NCBI RefSeq assembly: GCF_964355755.1
Contig: NC_092680.1
Span: forward strand, 18,981,045-19,045,044
Source of the DNA: Antedon mediterranea
Lineage: Eukaryota; Animalia; Echinodermata
Length of the DNA stretch: 64,000 bases
Reading direction: 5' to 3'
Numbering within the stretch: position 1 is the stretch's first letter; each line of letters begins with the position of its first letter. Below are positions 32,616 through 44,300 of the stretch, piece by piece. Below the pieces are notes generated by a model. The model had not been told where the DNA came from, made no database searches, and saw only the letters and a program-made list of their open reading frames with translations. Both the position numbers and the translations under genes were made by a program.

Positions 32616-35600
32616 ATGTCAGCAGCCGTAGCGCACATGATGTTTAGAAAGTTAACACTCGTTCACAAAGCGTTTTGTAATGGAACCATAGCTATTGAAA
32701 AGAGATTTGCTTCAGGAATTAATTCCCTTATATATAGTGAATATGGAGACCCGAACAATGTTATTCAGTGCGTACTTAATTCTATCTAGTCCTAGTAGGC
32801 TTTTAGGCTAGTTAGGCCTAGAAGTCAGTTCGAACGATCGTCGATGGTAAACCTGCCCACCAACCTGCCTGGCTGGCTGACACAGCGCTGGCTGACACAG
32901 CGAGCGAGATACTTTATGTAGGCTAGGTAGGCCTGTGATAGGGGTCTGGTGTAGGAGGAGGACGACGAAAACTTTAGGCGGCCAGCAGGTCCTCGTGCCC
33001 TGCCTACCAGCAAGGCTCTCGTACAGACTAGGCATATTTATTAAAGCTAGGTAGGCTATATAGACTAAGTAATTATATGCAACCAGTCATAGTTTAGTTA
33101 GCAAAAATAAGATAATTAATATCTAGCTATTTTTATTAACAATAACTGTAATAACATTATTTTTGCAATTTGTTGTTGTGGCCCGTGGGTATATGCACAC
33201 AAGGCCTATCGAAATGACTACAACAATGTACAACCTTATATTATTTATATTTTACTTTTTAGGCCTATTTACAGTTTATGATCATTGATGAATAGTAGTA
33301 CAGTAGTTGCCTCTCACTGACACTGTTAGTGTCATTCAATTTATCTAATTCTTTTTGCAAGCATATACAGTAGCTTACTGTATATTAAGTAATTGATAGA
33401 TGTTTCTTATTTCCTTCAACATTTAACAAGATTAAAAAAGAGATTAAAACTATCATTTTTCATATACATGATGTTTTAGGTTGCAAACAGACAATAAGAT
33501 CCCAACATTGGATGAAAATTGCCTGCGGATTGAAATGCTTGCTTCTCCAGTCAACCCCGCTGATATCAACACAATTCAAGGTTTGTTCTTGCATCATTAT
33601 TAACATGGACAGCAATAAAGAAAGCATACATTACAAGGTTTAATATGTTTATTGTGTTTTAATAAAAGGAAGATATTATGTTCATCTGCTTCAAGATTTT
33701 TTTCTTTACTTTTTCAATTCAATTACAGGAATTTATCCAGTTAAACCGCCTCTACCTGCTGTGGGTGGTTTTGAAGGTGTTGGAAAGGTCATAGAAATGG
33801 GGAAAAGAACATCAAATATAAAGATAGGAGATCTTGTAATACCAGCTATAAATTCATTAGGTAAGGTTTATATGTCTCCTATTTTGCAATCTGCAGTATA
33901 TGCTGCCAACGTTCATACCAATTGACCAAGATGCATAATAATTGTACTATTATTTAATAATATGGCAATAGGTTGGTTAAAAACTCTTCTCTTAGAAAGT
34001 TATTATCTTCTGTCAGAGGTCACAAAATTGAAAAATAAAAGGATAATTGAACTTTTAGCAAGAGACAGACTTGAAATGTCCTTCGATTCAAGAGACTTGG
34101 TTTTCTCTGCTTACAGTCTTCGTTCTAGAGCTCCTTGGAACTAATTAATCTATGATTTTAGTGTTTTTCAATATACAAGTTTATTAGTCAGTCACTGCAA
34201 TAAGGAGTGCAGTGTACGATCATTCCAAAAACAATCTTGCTAGATTATTTTATAAGCAGGTTTTTAAATAGTAAAACAAATGGGTATTTATTGCAGTAAC
34301 TACAGCAGAATAATTTTAACATTGTCCCTTAAGCTCTGTCTTCACTATGAAATTTATTTGACAATGTGATATGCCCATATATCGACATGATGATGTCATA
34401 TCACTATTATATTTGGGCATATCACCACCATATTTGGGCATATCACCACCATATTTGGGCATATCACCACCATATTTGGGCATATCACCACCATATTTGG
34501 GCATATCACCACCATATTTGGGCATATCACCACCATATTTGGGCATATCACCACCATATTTGGGCATATCACCACCATATTTGGGCACATCATACTAGTT
34601 TGATAGTGTATACAAAGCTTTACAATTTCTAGGAACATGGAGAAGCCAGGTTGTCTGCCCAGCTGAACACGTTTCAGTCATTCCAGAAGGAACGCCCTTG
34701 TTGTTTGCTGCCACTTTACGTGTTAACACATGCACGTCATACAGGATGTTGGCAGATTTCCAAGATCTTGAAGCAGGTAAATTTTTGTTTCCTAGTCCAG
34801 TAAATTCTGGTCTTTTTAGTAATAATCTTTAGCTGAAAAACAATTGTATAAACAATAGGTCTTGTGTGTAACAGTACATGCAAAAACAATAAATACAAAA
34901 AAAAAACAAAATTAAGAAATCAAACTTATTAAATAAACAAACTAAAATGATAAATTGAACAAATCGTCAGTCGTGTTTTAATAGCTCAATTTCCTTGCTT
35001 TACAGCTTTCTACCCTTTTTATAACTAATTACTGGAAACACTGTTTTTAAAATGGTTTACATGATGGAATATTATGGCTTAAATCCTAGGGCAAAAATAT
35101 ATCAATATCATATCAATGTCTTTTATCTATTGTAGGTGATACTGTGATCCAAAATGCTGCAAATAGTGGTGCTGGTCAGATGGCTATCCAAATTGCAGCA
35201 GCTAGGGGGTTAAAAACTATTAATGTTGTACGAGACAGGTAAGACTTTAAATAGCCATTAGTCAAGTCGGTTGGCCAAGCCAGGCAGGGACAGATTTGCT
35301 TAATAATTTTGTTTTCTTATGCAGACCTAACATTGATGAATTGAAAGATCATATGTACAGTCTTGGTGCTAATATTGTTGTCACAGATTCTGAATTGAGA
35401 ATGTCATCACCAGAAAAACTTCTACCGGTAAGAAACAAACCTATATATATGTAAATGTATTTAATGGTCTTCAACTTAAACTGTGTGAACCTCTATGGAC
35501 AGCACAGTGCAGTACCTACCATAAGAGATGATTCCCTACTCATCATTATTATGCACATGTGCATTTTATGTATTCAAGACCAACTATTTCATGTCCCATC

Positions 35601-36976
35601 CAAAGGATGAGTGCAATGAGATTAAAGCATCTAGCTTATGGATACAATCAGTATGGCACAGATAGGTCTTGAACCCATGTTTCTCAAATGCTAGGTGGAG
35701 TTCTTACCATTATGCCATACCACTCACTCTGTTCCCAGCACTACACTCATTACATGGTCTACATATGACAGCGAGTCTGGATGTCTAGTTCAAGAAAATG
35801 ACACCTAAAGTGTCTTGCCTAATCAAGACATAGGCCTACTCCTATAAATAGTTATTGATTTTAAATCATTTTGTTTCAGGGGCTACCAAGGCCTAAGCTA
35901 GGTTTAAATGCTGTTGGAGGAAAGAGTGCAATAAGTCTCATGAAATATCTCCAGTAAGTACAATGTATGCATTTAAAAATATCATTGAATGTTTAGTCTA
36001 AAAGGGCTTTAACTTAGACAATACAAGTAAACACTTATGTGTTCAACATTCAAATTGTATAGTAATTACAAAAAGATAAATTATTTTGCTGTAGACATGG
36101 TGGAACCATGGTTACGTATGGTGGAATGTCAAAGCAGCCGGTTACCGTACCAACAGGAATGCTGATATTTAACAACATCAAAGTAGTAGGATACTGGATG
36201 ACAAGATGGCATGACCGCAACCCAAATAGTAGGGGAATATTTACTTTATATTCTAACATATAAAATATTGTAGTGGATTTCCCCTACTAAAAATAATGGT
36301 TTAGGCCACACCCTCATATTGGCTGTGAATGGCTGATTTATTGGGCCTATGTGTGGCTAATAGATTTTGTTGATGAATGAAAAGAAAACAAACAGTTCTG
36401 TTTAGGTTGTCAGAGGGAAAGACCGGCATGGTTTGCTAGCCAGTTGATCATAGTAACGCACAGTAACATCTTTTTTGATTTAAAATTAATGGTTGGTTGG
36501 TGTCTAGAGTGCTCTCTGTGTATTCTCACAGTTTACCTCATAAGAGTGAATTTTTAACTTAGTTGTTTAGATTCTTGCCTACTGATTCAAAGATCTTGGT
36601 TTCAAATGCTTTTTTCTTCTCAGAAATACTGTATTCGAAATAAAATACCACACTGACTCTGCAATTATTTCTGCTTAAATGTTTATAATACAAAACTCTG
36701 AATAGAAATATTGAAACATTTTCTTTAGAAAAGTATCATCAGTTACCATCTCGTCTTGCGACGATGGTTGGTTTAAACAAAAAATAATTAAACTAAATTT
36801 GTTTTTAAGGTGTAGAAGCTGAACGAATGTTTGATGAATTATGTCAGTGGGCAAAAGAAGGACGACTACAAATTCCTCGACATCGTCTTGTCAACATATT
36901 AGATTACAAGACTGCTATTGAGGGCGCTATGGCAGATTTTACAACTGAAAAACAAATCCTTGTTTTTGATCAATGA
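32616..36976 (+). CDS. MECR: Mitochondrial trans-2-enoyl-CoA/ACP reductase (9 coding exons, 369 aa)
   Basis: Exons 32616-32767, 33480-33580, 33729-33860, 34633-34776, 35136-35238, 35325-35427, 35880-35953, 36095-36228, 36810-36976 join in frame (1110 nt). Basic N-terminal targeting-like peptide, [26 protein letters not shown] (catalytic Tyr), [54 protein letters not shown]. Confidence 0.95.
34331..34620. mobile_element. MITE family B copy 2 carrying an expanded 21-bp minisatellite (GGGCATATCACCACCATATTT, about 9 units)
   Basis: TIRs AAGCTCTGTCTTCACTATGAAA / TTTGATAGTGTATACAAAGCTT, with near-perfect 21-bp units at ~34395-34590. Confidence 0.85.
35570..35720 (-). mobile_element. Degenerate tRNA-derived SINE
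   Basis: The minus strand reads TGGCATAATGGTAAG (A-box)...GGGTTCAAGACC (B-box)...GGATGGGACATGAAATAG. Confidence 0.5.
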
Positions 36977-37748
36977 ATAAAAACTATTTATATTTATACA
37001 AAATATAGAGTTTATCCAGGTAAGCAGAACTTATAGACTGGTGTAAAAAAAATTGATCATAACTTACAAAGAGGTGTTCTGTCATAAACAAATATTTATA
37101 AAAGTGTATTTTAACTTGCTAACCCTTGGGCTCTAACCAAGGTTGCTAGCTTGACCCCGCTTCCAAAAATCCTGGCGACGCCCGTTGTATAATTGAATTC
37201 TGGCTGTAGAAACCATCATAAACAGGTGTTAGCCACACAAGTCATCATATCATCATTTCAGTAATTCATTATTAATGTGCTTAATATGAAATACAACCAT
37301 CGTATGAATGTATTAGTCACTGTCGTGTCTGATGTATATTTATCCACAATAGACATACAAAACCGTGCGCAAATATTATAAACTATCATGTAAAAAGGTG
37401 CCTCTTACATTTGGATTATTCCATTCTTTTATTTGAGTATATTGTGTTTATTTTACCTTGGATTGTTATACTGGAGAACAAAAATCAACAGTGAGTCTCC
37501 ATTCCTCCATTAAAAAAATATTACACCTAATCCAAAAAAACAAACAAACCTGGCACTAAAAAAACGTCTATTTTAATGATTATTCTGAAAAATTTGATGG
37601 AAAGCAAATAATGAAGGTTGATATTAATTCATATTTCTGAAGAAAATCATAATCATAATGATTATACTGTTTACATACAATATATAATAAATGGTATTTA
37701 TAACAATAGTAATAATTATTATTATTATATTGTGTATACATATTGTAT

Positions 37749-38009
37749 ATATCCAATCTGCAGAGTACTGTTTCGATCTTATTAGATCTCGTCAGTGCAA
37801 CTCAGATTTTGAAATAAGTACCGCAGCACAATATATAGGCTGAGCCAGTTATGTAGAACATGGCACACTGATTATGAACATAAAGAGTGCACGAGCGTGC
37901 TTTGCAAAATGCTAATAGTATTCACAACAAAAATGTACTGTTTCGAAAAAAGAATTTTGTATAAAACATCATAATATAGTAGAATGTAGAGGAGGGTAAT
38001 ATCCAATCT
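37749..38009 (-). mobile_element. Retrozyme / Penelope-type hammerhead-bearing ~250-nt monomer insertion
   Basis: Direct repeat ATATCCAATCT at 37749 and 37999 (250 nt apart). A hammerhead core lies at the 3' end of the minus strand, and the 5' end of the unit falls within 3 nt of the predicted cleavage position. Confidence 0.6.
37755..37808 (-). ncRNA. Minimal type I hammerhead ribozyme (stem III possibly defective)
   Basis: Minus strand AATC-TGAGT-TGCA CTGACGA GATCT AATA AGATC GAAA CAGTAC TC^TGCA-GATT has the conserved CUGANGA and GAAA boxes, a 5-bp stem II with a G-C closing pair, a bulged stem I and a UC cleavage site. Confidence 0.75.
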
Positions 38010-41000
38010 TTAGACACATAAGAAAATTATTAGTGTGCTTGTCATGGTCAGGTAAAGGCGTTGCGTTTTCAGCTCATCTATTCTTACCTCACAAGATCTA
38101 TAAATAAACTTTTAAATTTTACATTTAATGCATCTATAAATAATAACTGTAGAACTGTAGAATTTTCCCATAAAAACGAATTATTTAATTTTAAAAGTGT
38201 ATACTGTATTATAATTAATATAAAAAATAAAATTGTTTAGTGTAAATAACTGTAATTTGATAATACCAAAAGTATGATTGTCCTGACCATAGAACAAGCT
38301 ATCCATTTATTTTAACGTATGAAAAAGGCAAATTCATTTTTGAAAATAAAATTCGAGTTTATCCTTTTGGGAAATCTGGAATTTATATTCATAGGCAATT
38401 CTGTCATAACAGTAAAATCTAAAGGTTACAACATAAAACAAAATGAATTTTCAATACAGTATATATATTTTTGTTTAGAAATAGAAATTTGGACACTATT
38501 CAGTGGACACCGTTATTAGGGATACCTTAGGAGTTAGGAGGATGCACCCTCTGGATCCCTCTCTGATGATATTTGGTTATCAAATTTATTGCTCTGACCT
38601 TCACAAAAAAAGACATATTTATTCAGACTCATGGTGTTAAGGTAGTGTTATGTGCAAGAGTACATATTTTTGTGTCTGAACTGAAAAACCGATACAAATG
38701 CTTGTGTCAACTCTGTTTCAAAGGTCCTCTAAACATTCTGTATGACAAGCGATAGAAAATTCCAGGGTTCAATCCTGATGTAGTGCCAGGGTTTTAACTC
38801 AGGATTCTAAGCCTCAAATGAGACTTAGTTTATAAAGCATAATCAATTATAAAATAGTTAAAATCCTGCTGTAATTGGCGAGGTACTCTCTATTTGATAT
38901 AAAATAATAAAAAAATATCACATTATAAACTCAAAACAAGTAAAATTGCAATTTAACTCATAACTCAGAAATTTAACTCCAATAAAGTAGATCATGTAAA
39001 AACATATCTATAAACAATTAAAAAAACACACCATAAAAAAAATCCATTCTTTATATTTTCTGTCTAAAGACAAGACAAATTTATTCCAGTGTGAAAACCA
39101 TCAAAGGACAGTTTAAATAAATAATCAAACAGTGTCTTAACATGTATTCCACTGAAACAAAATCTGTTAACAATTTTTGTATAATTTTTTAATCAATAAT
39201 ATTACTCTCAAGTATTTATCCACACATTACAATTTGTTTATAGAAATTATCTTAGCATATTACATTATCCAGTTATGATTTTTATAATTAAATATTGATT
39301 GAACATTATATTTATAAGTAGATAGGTTCAAACACATGATGAAAATTTAAATAAATATGAAGTTTTATGTATGCTTATCAACATTATGACAGTCACATTA
39401 GTTTTCACATGCCTCTGTGAATTAAATATATTTTTTATGATTTATTACCATGAAATTTATTGTGAACATGTGGATAAATTCTTGAGCTAAAACGTATCGC
39501 TTTACAATTATATTTACAAAACGTGTTTTATTAAAATAATGCATCAAAAAAATTCCCTAGATTTTTAAAATCTATTTTCAACATTAATATTGCTAAATGT
39601 GTGTGATCATTAATATTCTCTAATGAATATGCATTACCCATCAATGTTTATTCATATTTTCATCTTCATTAATGCACTTTATTATTTCATTCATAGCCAA
39701 ACAATTGATATAAATGAATATTTATGTATTCATCATTTTAATGAATTATCATTTTAATGGTTATTCATCATTTTAATGAATACTCATTAAATATTTTAAT
39801 TCATACTATTAAGTATTATATTCATAACCATTCATGAATATTCATTATGAGTAATAAATATATCTTTAATTGTGAAAGTGGCAAGTAGCGTTGGAAATTC
39901 AACGTCTCATTTATCAATGTTATTTTTAAATGTTTTCTTAAAATTAGACAATATATTCAACAAAATGAAGCATAAATATTTGATTAATTAAAAGATATAA
40001 ATATTTTTTCATGTGCAAGAGATTGTCCTGAAAAAAGACTACAAAACTAACAATAAATACTACAGTCTTAGACAGCTTATGGCCAACTATTTAAAAACAC
40101 CAAAATATACTCATTTTACATATATCACAATGAGTAATAAATATTCGGTAAATAAAATGATTTTCTTTTTGGTACGAAACTAAAATTATTTCTAAATAGC
40201 ACAACGCATACAAATAAATAAGCAGACAATAAGTGACATTAAATACATATTTTTGCACTTAAAATATTGGGTCATAGGTCACTGTATCTATGTACATTTT
40301 AATCAGTTACTGTTGGATAAGATTATCACTGAGAAACAAAACAAAAATTATAAATTACTAATAAAAAAATGACTGAGTTGATAAATAAGATATGTATGAA
40401 ATATAATTCTTGTGAAATCAACATGTATTTATTTAATTTAACTAAAATGCTTAATTTATTGAAATATGAATTGCCAATTAGCAGCACACATAATCGTAAC
40501 AATGCCCAGCAACAAAACACTGTGTGAAGTGAACGCGGTTAAACAGTACATTTATTGCACAAAGTTAAATCAAAGACCAAGACCTAAAACCTAAAGCCAC
40601 ATAGATCTACACAATCATGTATCTCTGAGTTTAAATCAAAATTTAATCTTTTCAATCACAATTTTGAAAAAAAAAGTACAAAAATACCTCCTTAAAACTG
40701 CTTTAAAAACTGCGGTTAAAAAGGTTAAAATAAAATATTCATTGATTTTTAAATTTTCTCATTTAAATTTCATAAAGTATTTGAAAGTAAATTTTATTTC
40801 TAATGAGGTTTTTACCAATGCTCTACAATTTTAGTAGAATTACTAAATAAACCTCATCTATATAAAAACTGAAAGAGTGTGACTGTACAGGTAAATGTGT
40901 TCAGTGATGATAGCTTTGTGCTAGCTTGTGTACACACTACAATTAGCACATCTAATTAGTTCTGTTTTAATTGCACAAGCTTAGAGAGTTGAAATGAAGT

Positions 41001-41329
41001 TATTTAATATCCTAAATAAAAATATTTATAAGTTTAAATAATAATGAAAGATTTTTGCACAAGACAAAATATGTACCGATATTGATACACTTGAGTTGTC
41101 ACTGATGACTTCCAGTCACATGGTCGCAAGTGTCATGATGTAACCAAGGCTGCCATCAATGATGAAATGAACAAAAAAAATATCTGAAAGGTGGTATGAA
41201 AAAGTTAATCACAAAGCATTCACAATTTTGAATGGTTCAACCCAAGCAACACCAAAAACACTTAATATGAAATGTTATTTTGTGAAAATTGCTATCCTTA
41301 AAAAATCACAATGAAAGGTTGTTGATTGG

Positions 41330-44300
41330 TTAGTTTTGCTGCAGAAGTAAATTCTCGAGTTCTTCGGCAGATCGGTAAAGGAATGCAGCTGATTCACGGT
41401 AGCTTGTAATCAAGTTGCGTATTTTGGTGATTTCTGACGGACTTAATTGTGTCTTCGCTTTCTTAATGCTAAGATCTGTTGGCCCTGAAAGTAAAAAATT
41501 AACAATTTTTATTAAACTTTTTGCAATGCTAAATTGTAGTTTGTTTCCTCCCAAAATTAATTAGTTTTACTAGCTGTATATAAAGTAGTCAAATTTAGAT
41601 GCGGCAGATGAAGTAGTTTTAGTTTTATCTTTTTTTCTATGGTCAAGTGGGTGGTTAAGACAGGAGCACTGTAAATCATATCTATAAAGTTAGCATAGGT
41701 TCAAAGTTCTCCTTGACAATTGTTCTGGTGGTAGACTAGTGGTTACCCCAGGTCACTGATTCAGCCCCTATCATTCATGGTAGGCGCTGCACAAATCATG
41801 TCCAATTCTTTTCTTCACAGTAGTAATTTTAGAGAGCAGATTTCAGTTGTAAGAAATAACTACTGCATTCGTTTTATTTATTGTTTTATTTTTATTGTTG
41901 CTGTATAACAACAGATATTGCTAACAATCTCGTAACTAGAATTTTCTTGCATCAGCGTGCCAATGCCACTTTAATATATCATTTATAATCTCCTTATTAA
42001 ACTTCAAAGGTAATAATGTTTAAATCCCCTAGTGTGTATATATAAATATACATTGTATTGCAAATAAATGATAATATATTGACACTAGTTCATGAATGAA
42101 GGATTGAATACAATTTATTTTGTGCTACAGTATGCATGCCAAATTATCATTTTAATATTTTTTATATCTTAGCTCCCCTTTCAGTGTGTTCACTGCAGTA
42201 TGCGTGCCAAATTATTTTATTTTAATAATTTTAATTTAGCTCTCCTTCTGTCGCATTTCAATATGTTTTAATGGTGTTTAAGGATTGTATGGAGGTGTTT
42301 TTCAACATTACTCAAATTTAATTCAATTCAACATACAAATAATACAGAGCTGCATAAAAATCTATGAAAGGCCAAATGAAAAAAAAATGAACACATACTG
42401 TAATATTTTATACAATTTAAATTGCATTTTTGAAACACCATATTCAAATTATTATTAAAGATTGTCTTACCATTGGCAAGAGATGGATGCTGAGTGTGCT
42501 GACTGATAATGGGTGATTGACGAGAGACTGGTACCATCGTGGGATAATATGCTTCGTGGGATACGCCATTTGAGTACCTGTAATCCATCGGTGGGGGTCT
42601 AGGTGACGGTTTCATTGGCTCCTCGTATATACGCGTTGTCGGTGCAGGTGGCTGAGGTTCAACTTGTACTTCCGGCTGTTATTTAACAAAGTCAAACAAT
42701 TATGAATTGTCTATGAACTTACAGAACATATAAGAAAAGGAAATAAGCTAAGCCTAGCTAACAGTTGTTTTGGGCCAGATGTAGGGTTTATTTAAATCAT
42801 GAGGCAGCAAGCAGTCTGGGTTTAAATAAGTTGTATGAAAGCTAGATATACCTAGGATAATGATACATTAATAATTATTTTTTAATAATGGGAAAAGATT
42901 ACAAATTACATTATACAGTGTCAAAAATATAAGATTCATAAAAGTGGAAATGAATGAATAAAATGACTAAAAAAGTCAGGATAATTTGCAAGACCTGGGA
43001 AAGTAAATAAATTTAAATATAATTTGAACTTTGTGACTTACATGTCCTTGTTGTTGCAGTAATTCCATCCTAATTCTTTTGGCGTTATCGCTCTCGCTCT
43101 CGCAAGCTGCGGCCAGAATGTGCTCGGCTCTGGCTGATGTAAGATGAGGTGGGGTCGGTCTCAAAGTCTGCAAGAAAATAAATAAATATAAACATTAGGA
43201 TTATTTTAATATTAACCAATATAGAGATTACTTATTTATTATCATTTTTAAATTGGGAATAACAAACGGATATCAAATAGAATATTTCAATATTTATTTT
43301 ATTTTAAGTGTGGTCTTCAATAGAATAACAATTTGAGTTTAACCACAATTTCAGGATCTACAGATATTGACCACTCATTATATTTAAAAAAACACTTCAT
43401 ACAACAACAAATCCAGATCTAATTACAAGGAAAATAAAAACGAGCTACAAAGCTAGTTAATGCTATTGACTTGAAATCGCTACCTCTCAGTTGCATACCG
43501 ATACCAAACAGAAAATTATATAATTTTGTTCAATCTTTTTACTATTATTCAAATAAAAATTACAAAAATAGACTCCCTTTGAACTATATGAGTTTTCGGA
43601 CTACAAAATAAAGACACCAATCTGGCTTAACAATCCATAAAATACAAGCACACAAACTTAAAGTTCATTAATCAATTTGTTCACGTGGGAAAATGTTACA
43701 ATAGACAATATGGTTATATTTTAAATTTTAAAAACAACTAAACAACAACAGATATTAATACAACATTTTATAAAGAAATCGCTAACCTTTGAATGTATGA
43801 AATGAATACAGAAACATAATGAAATAAAACATTATCCAATACAACCCTAAAATATTTTATTACACAATGAAATCTAGTCAGCTTCTTTTTCAAAGTTTCA
43901 AATAACATGATGTTTTATAAATTTAATACAGAATCAAATAGTATTGATATTACTGTACACACCGAATAATATATATACGTTTTTGAATAATCAAAAAAAT
44001 AAATAAATGACTATAATCAAATTATAAAACCACACAAATTAATTGACAAAAATTGTTTTAAAAATATAAATATAGTAGGCTTATGAAGTAATTCAGATTA
44101 TGTCTAATATTTAGAAAGTGTTAGGTATGCCTCTGTATACTAAGAATAAGAATACTAATAACAGATAAGAATTGTTTTAGATTAACGCTGGAATTATCAA
44201 ATTATCCTGAAAAAATTATTTGTTTTAAACTGTAAACATATTCTTTGATGATTATAATACTCACTGTTTATTATTCATGAGTAATCCTAGTAATTGTTCA

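Noticed and set aside
34316-34638. MPKYGGD / WAYHHHI / LGISPPY repeat peptides
   Set aside because: Translations of the 21-bp minisatellite inside an intronic MITE.
39600-39860. ATTCAT/ATGAAT-rich tract
   Set aside because: Low-complexity degenerate sequence with no definable unit or structure.
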